A stretch of DNA of 56,958 nt, filler included, from Sphacelaria rigidula (GCA_964200075.2; 6 parts of 6 records of this genome joined end to end with filler, not necessarily neighbours in it), one strand, 5' to 3'. Positions 12,915 to 26,727 are shown, counted from the first letter of the whole stretch. Numbers and translations are program-made. Notes: generated from the sequence alone by a model not told the origin.

Positions 12915-14548
12915 GTACTTCTCTGACTGGTGGTCTAAATATCGTCATGATCCAGTAGTATGTGTGCTCGTGTGTGTTGCTGATAGCTCCGCCAATATTG
13001 GCATTTCTTGAGAGCGCTAACATGCGTTCACACCCCCGCCTTTTTTGCATCAGCATCGCGCGCTGATCCCACAACTTGGAAAGCGAAAGTGTTTCCCGCA
13101 AGTTCTCACTCGAACGTTAAAGAGTCGGGACCCGAACATGTTGTGGGCAGTTGTGAGTCGATGTGAAGGCCATAATTGCTTCCATTTGTTGTGAAGATGA
13201 ATCCCGTCAACTGAATATCTGGAAGAACGATGCGCCCTTGTCTTCGGGATGAAACCAAATTGACGGATACTCCGTCAGATGGTTGATGCGGGCCTTTACG
13301 AGTTTTTTTTTTTCCCTCGCTCCACCCCGATTGAGGGATCGAGCTGAGGACATTCCCNNNNNNNNNNTGGGTGGGAGGATAAATTCTGTTTCAGTTTTTT
13401 TCGATAAGAGGGTTGATGCGGGCCTTTACGAGTTTTTTTTTTTTTTTTCCCTCGCTCCACCCCGATTGAGGGATCGAGCTGAGGACATTCCCAAGGGCTC
13501 GGAAATAACAAATACGATCTTCTCGACCTCTCCCAAATATGTTTTGCGGGCATAGTTTTCGATCGACGACGAGTGTTGCTGCTCTCGTATCGGTGTCGGC
13601 AACGCACTCACCAGGTTCCAGGCCAATGGAGCAAGAGGCCAGTTGTGTTGATAGCTAAAAGCATCTGTCCCGTAGGTCGTAGTGGATTTATACGGTGTAG
13701 TGCGAACCGAAGAATTCTCTCAAATGATCGACCGAATCGCCCGGTGCACTTCAAGGCGCTTGTAAAGCGGGGGAACCTTTAGTTCGCCAGACTTTGCTGC
13801 TTTGTCCCAGAGGCGCAGTTTTTCGTCCCAATGAGGCGACCAGTACGTAAGTAATTGTCATCTAGCGCTGTCTTCTGTACCCCAATGTACTCACGCTAAG
13901 ATCTACTGCCCATAATTTGAGTTCGCTAGTCGGTGAGACCTCGCGAGCTCCTTCGTGATGCAGTAGTTTTCAGCCGAAATAAGGGACTTTTGTGATTTTT
14001 TCGTGGTGAGGGATATTCAAATATCTCTTCGCGTGCCACTGCTCATCCCAACAAACGTTTGATACCAAATTTTGGGGATAAGGAAATACCAAGCATCCCC
14101 TCCACATTCCGAAATATGATCACATCTACACTCATTATTGAACGACTGACTGACAGGTTTTCGGTGGTCCTGGGACTGCTCAGCCGCAGATTCTGCCCCA
14201 TGAATGTTTCCTCGACTGAAGCAATCTCATTCGTTTTTGTGAACAGCTGACGAGGTCTTTTTTTTTTTCCCCTTTGCATCGTGTCAGAGCCTTAAAACTG
14301 TGGTTTTTGGACTAATGATGGTCAATAACACCCCCTGATATATAAGGTACTTACTCCGTATCACCCCGACAACACCAATTGAAGATTGTGATCTGAGCAC
14401 GACCTTCTCCTCTTTCCGATATTTATCGACACCACGACTTTTCGACGACTAACGACGGATACTGGACGAGAAAATTCAGAAAAATACCCAAGAACGAGCG
14501 TTTCCCAACCGAGCTGTGCATAGCACAGGCGGGCGGAGAGGATGGAGG

Positions 14549-15110
14549 GGGTTACTCATGATTATGCATGCCATAGTATCTGGCCATTGACCTTGCTTCC
14601 CTACATGGCCGGGACGGAGCACGCCGGGTTTTCGCCGAACCAGGCTCGCACTCAAACCACCAAGCGCGAAGCGCCATGGTGTGTTTGGCGAGTCGCATGA
14701 AGGGTAAGCTGCATTGTTCGGCCCGAGGCGTACTGGTTATCTTGCATTTGGATGACAGCATCCGAAGAGTTGCTTCATTTTCCGGTATCGTCACTTCCAG
14801 AGACAGCCACGACTTATACACTGCCTCATGGGTGTCTCACCATTTGGACACTGCGTAGTACGACCATCTCCTTTGCGCCGAGTTGAGCTTCACCCACCCG
14901 GCCCAATATGATCTAGCTCGGCCACCATCATGGTTAGCACATAAAAACCCCGCAAGCGCACAAGAAAATCGGTGACCTGGTTGCCTATCTTCCCCAGCGA
15001 GTGGCGTGTGTTACAGCGTCATGGCCAACCGTCGCCAACCACATGAGGGGTCCGCCCCTACAAAGCCGGGACGGAGCACGCCGGGATTCGTCAGACCAGG
15101 CGGGGGTGAA
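14549..15110 (+). repeat. Abundant interspersed repeat family (other copies: 1-130 +, 19023-19102 -, 28640-28895 +, 33985-34505 -)
   Basis: Shared blocks gccgggacggagcacgccggg, caccaagcgcgaagcgcc, ttatcttgcatttgg, cacttccagagacagccac in four different contigs; starts at a G-run plus (t/g)actcatgat. Class unknown. Confidence 0.8.
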
Positions 15111-15526
15111 CCGATTCCGATCACTCTCATAAATGGTTTTACAGACCCCTTTTTCATTTTTAAATCTATTCATTGCACAAGAGCCGAAACGAAACGTGTT
15201 GTGGACTTACACGGCCAATAGCGCCCGCTGTGGATTCAGCTCGTAATCCATTCAATATTGGGCGCAGAGTCGATTTTAATTTCAAAATGTGCAGGGGATG
15301 CTTAGTATCTCCGGATTCCCAAACGTCGGGATCAAGCTTTCCCTGGGATGAGCCGTGGCACGCGAAAAAAACTTGTAAATCGCCGACTAGAAAAAAATTA
15401 CAACAATGAATCAATATTAGCTAAGAAGTACTAAATAATACTTCATCGCTCCCATTTTCTCCTTGAAATTGTTTTAGGTGTTGTTTTGCGTTTCTGTTTT
15501 TTTTTCTCTACTTTTCTTATCCCCCC

Positions 15527-15567
<41 letters not shown>

Positions 15568-15698
15568 TTTCTTTTTTTTTCCTTTTTTTTGCGCGCCCAT
15601 TTTTTCGTCATTGTACTTGCTCATTTTTCTCTTCCTCCGTATCCCCCTTCATGCTTCGCTTGTCCGTTTCAATTTTCGATTCGCTGTGCTATTTTCAG

Positions 15699-15870
15699 GC
15701 CCTTTTCGACTATTACGCCCAATCGTTCGACGAAAGTCTCAAAGGGTTGCAGTACACGTCGCCAGAACAGTTAAGACAGTTACTGGGGGCCATGCGACCA
15801 AGGTATCGAGAAGTGTTCGACGCCGGCTGCGGAACGGGCCTACTCGGACCTCTCTTTAGGAACATAACAG
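15699..15870 (+). CDS. Internal exon of a class I SAM-dependent methyltransferase (COG4976-like)
   Basis: ttttcag| ... acag|gtggga; ALFDYYAQSFDESLKGLQYTSPEQLRQLLGAMRPRYREVFDAGCGTGLLGPLFRNIT contains SAM-binding motif I (DAGCGTG). Gene is partial on this contig. Confidence 0.85.
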
Positions 15871-18850
15871 GTGGGACGTGATATACACTCGACATTTCAC
15901 GTACATCCAACATGTATTCACGACAACGATCACGTAACATATTCATCTGTTTCTTGCAAATAAATTGCAATATACCTGAAATATGTTGATCTGTACCGGA
16001 CTGAACACCATTTTCACTTCACACGAATATCCACGTGGCTCGACTACGTTCCAAGCATGTATTCAACGGATCTACTCGTTCAACGACATCGCAGCGTGGC
16101 CTGCTGGTCGCATACCAATAGTCCTGTACCCGTGTAATAATCCTGTGCTGGGCAGAATGTTTCATTCGGTGCAAGCTAATATATATATATATATATATTC
16201 ATTCATGAATTATACGTGATGTGCACGGGGAGGTCTAGGGTATATACAATATACTCCAACTCTAAATATTGGGCGGAGCATGGGTATTTTAAAAACCGAG
16301 TCGGTAGAATTTCGGAACAATATTTCGCAGGCCACTCACCAGCCCACGTTTGTTTTTCGTGTATTGAAATTTTGTCTGGACGCTCTCTAGGGCATAATTA
16401 ACAAAACTCAGCGGTTCAGTTTTTTTCAATTATGTTTTTCGCTGGTCTAGGGCGTTCTAGTACAGTAAAGACAATTTCTTCACGAAAACGCCCTAACCTC
16501 TATGAAAGAAAATGAAGACACATTTTTTTTATTCGGCACACTTTTGTGGTTCTCCGTGCTAAGGTTTAGATCACAATTCTACAAATTGTTCTAAAACATT
16601 GAGATAAGCCCTAAGAGCGATGTTTATTTCTCCTCAAAACTCCACGAAAACACGAAAAAAATGAAGAAAAGAAGAAACATGAAAAAAGGTAACAAGCTGT
16701 CTTCTTGTTTTTTATTACGCACTAGCGGTTCACCACACGAAATTATGTAGAAAAGTTTGAGACGCGATATCCAATTTTAGGGCTTTTCGTGCCTCTGATC
16801 GTAAAATATTGATTATAGTATGGACACTTATGTGCGCCATATCTCGGAGTAGACAACGAATCAGGTGAAGGTAAGGGCATCTATCGTCTCCTCGTGCTCC
16901 AGAGAATGTCCACACCAAAATTCTTCGTCATCCGCTGAATGCATCGATCGAGGGTATCACAGAGATTTTAGTATGGACGCCATCCCCGTCAGGTATAGCA
17001 ATTACCAGACATGGTGTTTGAACAAGGAGAAAATATGGGCCCAAATTTTTGAGCAGACGGGCGCCTTTCCCTTGGTTAAACGATTAATTCGATATGCGGA
17101 TCACGGCCCAACTCGTCTGTGTCGACGAGATATTGCTTTTAGAGCTTAAATCCGTTTTTAGGCTGGCCCAGCTCGTAGTTCTGGGCTGTCTGCACTGCAC
17201 GTTGCCCGCTTGTCCTTTACATCCTACCGTACGAAACACGCGCGCACACACTCTCGAGCACACTGTGTACATCCAGCGCAGACAGTGATGTGGGTGCATG
17301 ATGGCCTTAACGAGCGAAATGCGCGGCCAGGCCAAACAAAAGAAACGCGGAGGAATATTAGACACGTCACCAGCTGTTCAGCTGTCTAGAGTAGGGCACA
17401 CGCTTCGTCCCGTATTAAGTTGGCGATAGCATGCGAGAACGGCAGTACCCTCATCGCGGTTTTCTCGGCGTAGGAAGTAAACCGGCCTGTGGCACTATAC
17501 AGCCTCCCGCTCACTCAGAAGCTAGTGAGGTATATTACAACTTTGCCCAGATACGCCACAGCAGAACCCAAAAGCCCCCGAAACAACGGAAAAAACAAGA
17601 GCCTTTTTTCGTACAATTTGGTACATTTTAGTAGCGTGCAGCGTTTGTAGCACGCATGAAGGAAATAAAAGTATGTAAAATATTTTGCGCCTCGCGAGAG
17701 CGCCGCATTTCGCCCACGCCTCCTTATACCCACGTGCGGGACCCATTCAAAGTTCGAGTCCAATCGCGCGCGCCGAAGGTTGGCGCGGACGAACATTATC
17801 GAAGTGGTCCTGCAATATTTCCCGAGTTTCTGCCCGCGGCAGTTATTCCCGCGGAGGAGGGCGCGACCGCCATCTTTTCTGCACGACGTCGCGCGCGCTG
17901 CGCTGGCGAGTGGTCGGTGCGGGAGCGCGTCTTTTTTTCCCCGCTCCGGGGAGGTTGGCACTACTCCCCGCAGTACATTATCGTGGACCAATCTGTCTCA
18001 CTGTTGCCTCGTGATGGATGGACAATGGCCCAAATATCGTACTCGATGAACTGGCGATATCGGCGCCTAGCACAAGTGGAATACGATGTATTGTATCGAT
18101 TTCATTTCAGTAAAAATGTAGGTGTCAATCCAGAGCCTAGCCGGCCAATCAACTAGCAGCGAGAGAAGTGACGTAGTCAGTACTTGTGTCAGTTGACTCG
18201 CAGTTGAGTTGTCGTCCAACAATCCATTTGGATTACTTTGTAGATCCAACAGACGTGGGAGTGATGACTCTCGTGGATCGTAAGTGAGCTTTACTCCACC
18301 GCTCAGACAAACTCATGATGAGTGCATCTATGAAGAGAGAGTGATAGCCACCTTTGGCGTAGCCCATAGCGAACGCAGGAAGATTTTGTTCTTGTAATGG
18401 CACCAAGAAACGTGCGCCTGCTTCTGAGGCTTTCGCCCAATCTCTCGCTGCGTTTTGGTAATCTCTGCCTCAAACGGCTGTGTTTTTCACTTTGTTGAAT
18501 CGGCACTGTTACCTATGCTAATCGGGGCCAAAACATGAAGAATATTCTAGGAAGCGTATGTAGGATCTTCCTGATGGAAAATCGCGCAAGCCAATGATAT
18601 GCGAATGATCCTTCCGGTCGGTCGGAAGAGAAGCGCAAAAGGCCTTCTGCACCCATGACTCGCACACCTCCCTGCATCGCCCGTGCGGTCTGTTCATCAT
18701 ATATGTTCGCGTCAAAACTGTGACAGTGCAACACAGATGACTCATCCTAGGGTGAGGGTGGCTATCTATATAGGCCGAGGCAAAACCGACCTAAAGCGCA
18801 CAGTACAGTACAGTGCAGCAGTACAATTCTCTATATTACAGTATGGTCTT

Positions 18851-18920
<70 letters not shown>

Positions 18921-20014
18921 CCNNNNNNNNNNNNNNNNNNNNNNNNNNNNNNNNNNNNNNNNNNNNTTAATTAATTAANNNNNNNNNNNNNNNNNNNNNN
19001 NNNNNNNNNNNNNNNNNNNNNNGTTCCGTCCCGGCTTTGTAGGGATGCGAGGTCAATGGTCTTATGACTATGGCATGCGTGATCATGAGTACACCCCCCC
19101 CCTCACCATCTCCATCTCGCGGAACCACCGCTTGTTCCCCGCAGTCAGAAGTGTAGAGGATCTTGTGCTTGTACATGCTATGAATTTGAAGCTACTTAAA
19201 TTCTGTTTGGCTACATTAATAGGTACAACAGTACCCCCCCCCCCCTGCTCGGTCTCGAAAGGGATGCGTGGTCAATGGTCAAAGGACTAAGGTAAGCAAC
19301 AGATGAGTACCCCCCCCCCCTGTGTTGTGTTCATTCTCTAACCTCGTGACGATCCTGCATCCAAGTAAACAAAGTGGTCTACGGTAGACCTTACTTTACA
19401 CGTCTAGCAATATGACCACATCCCCCGGCTAGAACATATACTGACGAAACATCTCAGAAACTGGCTCGTCTGTCAGATTGTGCTAGATTATTATACCGTG
19501 TGAATCGCGAGTTCTCAACTGTACGAAGGAGTAGGAGTCTGCCGTGTGGTGGACTCGTGGTCGGAAGAGTCCTGCCGTACGAATGACGGGTAGACATCAT
19601 GTAGGTGTGGACCGTGCCGTACAAACCACATCGTACACGTGCACGGTCGAATCACTTGGTACAAATCTTGTACGAAATCGCATGGTTCATGGACGCGCAA
19701 CTCAACACAGACGGATATCATGATTTGATTCGTCTCGTGTGTGGAGCTTTGCGCTGTTGCACGTCGTACTAGACCGAGGTGTGAGGCAACGGTTTTGACA
19801 TGTTTTCACGTAGCATTCGAAATAAGCGCCTAGACTGAGCTGTATCGGAATAGTTGTGTTTTTGCTGTATCGTAGCAACTACATGCGAGTCACTACTGTT
19901 TTTTGTCACTTGCTCTCTCATTTCTTTGTTCCTGCTATTCCCTCCCTCTTCCCCCGTGGCCTTTTCTCCAACTTGTCGTTTCCTTATATTCGTGTTTCGA
20001 TGGCTCTGTACGAG

Positions 20015-20066
20015 AAGTTGGGGTGGAAATCCGAGTAGTCGGCAACGACAGCGGGGAGAAGCTCAG
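20015..20066 (+). CDS. DEG7: Deg7/Nma111-type HtrA serine protease, exon (acceptor 20015 or 20018)
   Basis: Encodes VGVEIRVVGNDSGEKLS, the conserved Deg7/Nma111 motif; donor ag|gtaggt in phase 2 matches the next exon. Confidence 0.8.
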
Positions 20067-21094
20067 GTAGGTCCCAGCACTCGTATCGTGGGCGTGTTTT
20101 TCATATAAACAAGCGTAGGTTGAGGATGGTGGGGCGGAAACGTCTAGCGGTTCTGCAGGTTGGTTGCCTCATCCGCGGGTCTGACCTTTCGATCGTCAGG
20201 GCGGATCATCTGTTGCATAGACATCATCTTCGCTCGAAATTCGACAGAAAGAGGTAGACGCAGATGGCTCATCCCGGCCGTCAAAAGGTCAGCGTCGGTG
20301 CTGTTTTCAGCTGCTGAAGCGCAGCCTAGTATCAACAGGAAAATACTCACTTCACCAGTCATTTCGGCTGATGGATCACCTCCCCCCCCCCCGATATAGG
20401 TAATCACTGTGCACCCCGTCCTCCCATATGATGGATCCAAATCCATACATCGATAGGAACGGTGGTTAAACTGTCGGACTGGCAACACTTGTTCATCAGA
20501 TTTGGGGGGAAAATTAGCACGCATTCAGGTTGAGCCACGGGAAAGCTTGTTCAAAGGAGTCTGCGATCGATTCCAGCGTCGACGACCTCGTGAAAGTGCT
20601 GCACCCACCGTGTCATAGCACGAGGCGAGGGCTACTGTAGTGCTTTCCACTCCAGTCCGTGGATTCTCGGGTCGTCAGTTGTGAGGCTTCTTAATCTTTT
20701 GGGGACGCAGTGACGATTTTTTTTTTTCCCAATCTGCATCATTTTCAAGTCATTTTCAAGTCAAAATGATGCCAATTCACGAAAACAAAAAGTCGTCAGT
20801 GGGGTTCCAAAGGGTCAAGTGGGAACGAAATGACGAGAAAGTTCATCTTCTGGGCCAACGATACCGCTGTTGAAGGGGGGTCGCCTGCACTACTCTCGGC
20901 AAATGAAAGTGCTCTATGTTCTCGCTGCCCCAACTCCGAGGAGAGCTGGTCGATAACATCGCGCAGCATCGTCCACAACGCAAAAGGAATACAGTCCTCG
21001 GCTTTTTTGGCCGCACCGACAACCTCCGAATTCTAGAACATGAGTTCCATGACACAATTCTGTCGCCGCTGCCCCGCTCACGTATCCCCTCCAG

Positions 21095-21245
21095 CATCCT
21101 GCCCGGAATCCTGGCCCGCCTGGACCGGGCCGCGCCAGACTACGGGAGGTCGTCGTACCATGACTTTAACACGTTTTACCTGGCGGCGGCGAGCTCCACC
21201 AGCGGCGGCAGCAGTGGCAGCCCCGTGCTCACCATTGACGGAAAG
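21095..21245 (+). CDS. DEG7: Deg7/Nma111-type HtrA protease, catalytic-serine exon
   Basis: ccag|...aag|gtgaac; [50 protein letters not shown] with the family motif DFNTFY..AAS...GGSSGSPV. Confidence 0.92.
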
Positions 21246-21698
21246 GTGAACCCCTCGACTATTTCTGCAGTACGTACAAGTACAGTTACAGCGGATTTGT
21301 TGGCTTGCCATTGCTGCGACCCTTGCGACCCTTGTCTCTCGCTTGGTTGTCGCCATTTTTCCTCCGTGCTGTATTCGAGTGTTGGCACGTGCATTCCCGT
21401 CGTGTTGTCGGCTATATAAAATAGATGATTCGGAAAGTTCTGTGAGATTCTGTTTTTTTTTTGTCCCCCAAAGAGGATGAGGCTGCGTTAGTGTACGCCG
21501 CGCCCACGCATGCAATTGCTGATCCCGTAGAGCATTGCAGAGAAGCTTTGTGAGATGCAGCGTGTCGTGAGAGCCAAGGTATGACCGTACCGTGTCGTGC
21601 GTGCGAAGGTACGATGGGCAGCAGTGGGAGAACGGCAGTGCTGCACATACTCACGTTAGTTTTTGAAATGCGCGAGGACACAGAGGAGGCTAATTTTA

Positions 21699-22005
21699 CT
21701 GGCGTTTGGGCTACAAGTGTCTATGGTTGGACACAATTTTATAAGTATCACTACCCCAATCCCTAACCCCAACCCAGTGCATACCGAGAACCCTCGGGCA
21801 AGGGCGGTACATACGTTCCCTAGGCAAAGTGCGGTCTTGGTAGACCCCGAATCGGCGCCTGTGGCCTCGATTTCAACGAAAACGCGTTCTGCGCACGCGA
21901 GGAGCATATGGGACTGTCATGTCAGCCCCACTAAAATTCCGATTCTCGTTGTTCACACCCAAATCGAGGAAGTATCAATGATGGACATTTGTAGCCCAAC
22001 GCCGG
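21699..22005. mobile_element. TA-flanked (Tc1/mariner-like) MITE in a Deg7 intron
   Basis: TA|CTGGCGTTTGGGCTACAAGTGTCTAT ... ATGGACATTTGTAGCCCAACGCCGG|TA; internal ccccaatccctaaccccaaccc. Confidence 0.7.
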
Positions 22006-23410
22006 TAAACTCTACTGCAGAGGAGCGACAGAACGAAACAGAAGCAAGCAACAGTGGTCAAGTCCACCGCAGTTCCCGTCCCTCGGTGCACTTTAGCATG
22101 CACGTGTTGCAGTGTAGCACCAAAGCCGGGGACCGCACGCATAGTACACGCGCCTGTACGGATAAACTTCGCTGAGTTGGTTCAACGCTTGTGAGGAAGC
22201 AGTCCGCCGCGGCTCCCGGCTGGTCTAAACTGAGACAACCAGAACCAGATTGGTTCTGAGAATGCGGACACGATTCCGTGCAGATGCTTTTTTTTTCTTC
22301 TTGACAGCTATCTGATTTCTGTCGTTGAGAAGGTGAGGACGCGAGTAGCAAAGAACGTCTGTTTTATGAAGAGTGCACGCGGTGTGAGAAGGCTGATCCA
22401 ATCAACGAAACCAGAATGTATGGCATGTGGCATGGACCGGGGAAGAGATGAGTTGATCCCTTGAGACCACGAATTTGTCTCGAGAAACGAGAGGGGATGG
22501 AAGTGTAGCGTACTAAACAGAGCAGTAAATTATGTACAGCTCCACACAGCAGCAGCAACATCAGCTACAATAGCAGCAGGTTGATAAGGGGAGGGCTTCT
22601 TCACGAGTGATCCCTTTCAGTGTGCCATGTAGGAGTGTGTGTACACTGATTGACATTGGCTGCGATTGTAGCGGCAGCAAGTCTTACTACTGGGATCGTA
22701 AAGCTATAGCGAGACGGTGATAGAGGGTACCGAATTCGCCTCGTGTGCGGTCTTGTTATTAATATCACCCTCTCTTGGTTGACGTGACCCGGTGGCGGTT
22801 GCCTAAATCTGTGGTGCTGAGTTCAGCGTTGTGCGTGGTCATTATATCGATCCTAGCGCATATGGTGGCTGTTGCTCTGTAGTTTCAAGGTTTCTGCCTC
22901 GGAGTGCGCGCACACCATCGCGGTCTCCTTTTTTACATGGAGGTCGAGGTTCAAATGCCAGCCCACGATAAAAGCGGCAAAAAGTGAAGAACAAAATCCT
23001 GAAAATATATTTCGAAACGATTTAGCGCATTCATCTCGTACCCCGAAATATTGTTGGTGGGTTCACTGGAGTTGCGGGGTATATTTGAAAACGGGTACAC
23101 CGACATGCTGTTCACAATCATCTGGATCGTGACCCCAATGCTTGATGGGACACACTATCTGCATAAGATCGTAAACGACCATCTCGGCACCATCGCAGTG
23201 GTGGGGATGCACTCTCGAGTCAAGTAGAGCTGCGCATTGGGACCGTTCCACATCAGTCAACGTCGATGCATGTTATATAATGCTGATCATTCACCAGGGG
23301 CACCATTTCACCTACACACAATGCTGCGCATGATATTGATCAATATCCACTGAACGTGCCCACGTGATCGTCATTTTTCGATAAGTGTTGCGTGTTGAAA
23401 AAAAGAATGG

Positions 23411-23873
23411 CAGCCGATCATCGAAAGTGAGGATGGAGCTTTTCATTGAGGATGGGGCTTTTCATAGAGGATGAGAACCCGGAAGATCATAATCTTCGTA
23501 TCCACACCAAATCTTCAAAAGATTGTGCCATTCCTCTTTCTACTGGTAACTATTGACAAATGCTACACGCCCTACAAATTTGGATTCCGATGATGACCGA
23601 GATGTTGGGGTCCTATGTAAAGAAAACAACTGCGGAGAATTTAGGTGACCCGATCGGATCGCCGAATACCCCCGAGACTGTTTTTTCACCAAGGACCTCA
23701 ACATTTCGGTCATCGGAATCTTTATTTGCAGGGCGTGTAGCAGTTGTCAATAGCTACCCGTAGATAAAGGAATGGAACAATATTTCGAAGATTTGGTGTG
23801 GATACGAAGATTTTAATCATCCGGGTTCTCATCCTCCATGAAAAGCTCCATCCTCAGTTTCGACGATCGACTG
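23411..23873. mobile_element. Fold-back (palindromic) MITE in a Deg7 intron
   Basis: Arms over 200 bp are imperfect reverse complements (aatcttcgtatccacaccaaatctt / aagatttggtgtggatacgaagatt); related copy at 39903-40358. Confidence 0.85.
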
Positions 23874-25435
23874 TTTATTCAGAGGTAGTGTAGGGGTTTG
23901 CTGCAGGAGAGCAACTACCCAACGGCGAACCAGGCAACGGACCCAGCAGTGTTTTTCTTTCACGGCACATAGATAGGCTATACTACACTACATACACATT
24001 CGCTTGCCCTTGACAGTGCGTGTTGATTTCTCGTTCACATTTTGTCCCATTTTTCGCGGCAAAGTTGAAAGTTCGTGTGCGTAGAAATGTGCCCCCCCAG
24101 CGGCCACCCACGAGGTCTTCCTCGAGAGATGTAGTTGAATCGCGCTTTTTTTTTTTTGCCTCCGGGAGTGGCCATGTTGGGGGTCCCTCACCAACCGTGA
24201 GGCAACGTTTTGGCTCAGGCTGCGTGATTGCGTGGCGACTGCGCTGGCACAGCACCAGTACATCTGAAGGTATTGGCTTCGTGAGTGTAGCGGTGGAACC
24301 TAATCTCCTTTTTTGGTGTCGGCATTAAAGTCGCAGCCAGCCCACTTCGGGCCATGGCGCTTTGCTCACCTTGCTCTCGGCACGAAAATAATACGTGGCT
24401 ATTTGTTATTTCTTGTGAAACCAGCTTCCACGTCCTTTCCTGGTTTTTCATTCGGTTTAGTGTGGTTTGGATTAACGGGGACATGGCAGGCGTCCAACAT
24501 CTGAACGCTCACAGCCACCTTCCTCTCGCACAACACGGCCGGTAATAACTTGGGCACGTCATGACTGAACAAAGACGGTGACCACCCCAAAATTGCGGAG
24601 CTCGTGCGTGAATCGGGGTAGGGGCGAGAGTGGTTGGGGGGCAAAAGGTTCGATATGATGAACCTCGTGGGGAAGAGGGTGTTGTCTACGTTTTCGTTTT
24701 TTTTGCTTGACTTTTTATTGTTTGGTTGATTGATTGTCGCACTTTAAGTGACCACCAGTGGGTCCAGCCATGGTCGTATGATAGCCGTACCCAACAAAAA
24801 CAAGACTGAAAAACTCGTTCAAGAGAACTTGGAGGAAGGCAAAAACCTCACCCAACACTTACCCCGCAAATCGGCTCGTGTGCTGATTGTCCGGAAGCTT
24901 GGCTAGACCGCCTCGCGGTAGTCATATGGGGAAGGCGCCTCTAGCCTTCTGAAAGCTTTGCTCAAGGAAGTGTGGTGGTTGAACCCACTACAATCCCCCG
25001 TCAAGTTGGCGCAATGCCCTCGCCGCCCTTCTATTTTGAGCTCCGGCTCTAGGCCTACGTGATCGTGGTAGATTTCTTGCGAGAAGCTGACGTGTGCGCT
25101 CGTATGTATAAAATAGTTTCCTGAACTATTCCCTTCCATCTCTGTATACCGAAGGGTGACTCTATGTAGACTTGAAGTGTTTCGACAGTCAGTCACCTGC
25201 CACGGTAGTGTAGAAAAGCAAGAGCCAGGCCACCATACAGCAAGATGAAAAACTGTCAGAACAACAGTAGCCGATACGTTACTTTGACAACTTCCTCCTC
25301 TCTCCCGGTCTCTTCTCCTGTCCCTCTCTACCGTTCAATGGTCAAATGACTAAGGCAAGCAACAAATGAGTACGCCCCCCCCCCTCTCTACCGTTGCACA
25401 CACGGCCGGCATTCGCAAAATCTCGCACGAAAAAG

Positions 25436-25678
25436 GCGGTGGCCTTGAACTGCGGCTCGCGTGCGGAAACGGCCGCTGCGTTTTACCTGCCCCTGTCCAA
25501 GATTGTACGAGCGTTGGATCTCCTCCGCAGGGGAGAGAGGGTAAGCCGAGGCACAATCCAGACAGTACTGAAGCACACGGCGTTCGACGAGGCTCGGCGC
25601 CTGGGGCTATCTGAGAACACGGAGGCTGCGTTGAGGAAGGAGTTCCCGGAGGAGACCGGCGTCCTCGTTGTTGAGCAG
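25436..25678 (+). CDS. DEG7: Deg7/Nma111-type HtrA protease, exon
   Basis: aaaag|gcg ... cag|gtcggt; AVALNCGSRAETAAAFYLPLSKIVRALDLLRRGERVSRGTIQTVLKHTAFDEARRLGL...GVLVVEQ, phase 0/0. Confidence 0.92.
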
Positions 25679-26188
25679 GTCGGTATCTAGTCGATTTATT
25701 ATGAAATTTTTTCGAAAAATGTTGGCGCCTGTCTCGTGAAGTGTTGCAAGTATTTTCGATTTTTCTATCCTTTTTTTTCTTTTCTTTTTACCCTGTGGCT
25801 TTGCTACGCTTTTGCGGCGGTTGCGCGTCAACTCTATGATGATTGATGATGACTAGTGCTATATTTCAGTCGTATTTTGTTTGTACCTTTTTATGATTTT
25901 ATTTTTCTTGTTTTCTGTGTTCCCCGACGTATGGAGGGTTTTGACGGAATGTTTTGATGTTGATCGGTTGTCGCACGTTGATTGAGAAGTAAATAGGAGT
26001 ATCAGTTTCCCGTGTGAGGATAGTTGCCTCTTCTAGTGGTATCACGTACGCCATGAAGTACTCTGGGCATATTGAGAGCGTACTTCCTGTGTGGGAAGCC
26101 CCTTCCTTGTCCATGTAGCAATTTATCCCCCATCCGTCCTTCCCGTTCTTCACTCATTCGTGGGCAACGAACACGCGTGACAAACCAG

Positions 26189-26370
26189 GTCATACCAGAA
26201 GGTCCAGCTCACGAGGTATTGGACCCAGGAGACGTGGTGGTGAGCTTGAACGACGAGTTGGTCACCACGTTTTTGCCGTGGGAAAGCTGTTTGGACTCGA
26301 CCGTGGGTGGAGAGGTGGAGGTGAAGGTCGAGCGAGGCGGAAAGGAAATCACAAGAAAACTCACCGTCGG
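26189..26370 (+). CDS. DEG7: Deg7/Nma111-type HtrA protease, PDZ-domain exon
   Basis: accag|gtc ... gg|gtgagg; VIPEGPAHEVLDPGDVVVSLNDELVTTFLPWESCLDSTVGGEVEVKVERGG. Confidence 0.92.
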
Positions 26371-26727
26371 GTGAGGACAAAGAGTGTTTCCATTTGTTCA
26401 TAGCTCGGGGGGAGAAGGGAGGGTGGTGATCGGGGGCGTATCCAGGTGGTGATCGGGGAGGGGAGGGGGGGGGGGGTAGTTTTGTTTTTCGTGTTTCCCT
26501 GTGCCCTACTTGATGATTCCAGATATGTTTAGACACCATTTTCATGTTTCAAACTCAGCACCGTTCACTGTCTCGCTCCCACTTCCTCATTTTGGCCTCC
26601 CGCTCTCCTCTGGCCCTATCTGAACACACGCTGTACTTATTTCAACGTTTCGCCCTAGATAGCGCAATAGCGATCCCCCTCCCCTGCCCCACCGCCCCTC
26701 TTGCTTCCTTTTCCTTGTGATCACCAG

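Noticed and set aside
13281-13492. Near-exact duplication (13281-13357 and 13411-13492) around a 10-N gap
   Set aside because: Typical unmerged contig overlap, so probably an assembly artefact.
12930-14280. Faint RT-like words on the minus strand (SIENYARKTYLG, QFGFIP)
   Set aside because: Possibly an old LINE remnant, but too degenerate to support without an alignment.
18853-18922. Poly-proline ORFs from poly-C tracts (also 15521-15561, 28362-28386)
   Set aside because: Homopolymers in introns or at contig ends, not coding.
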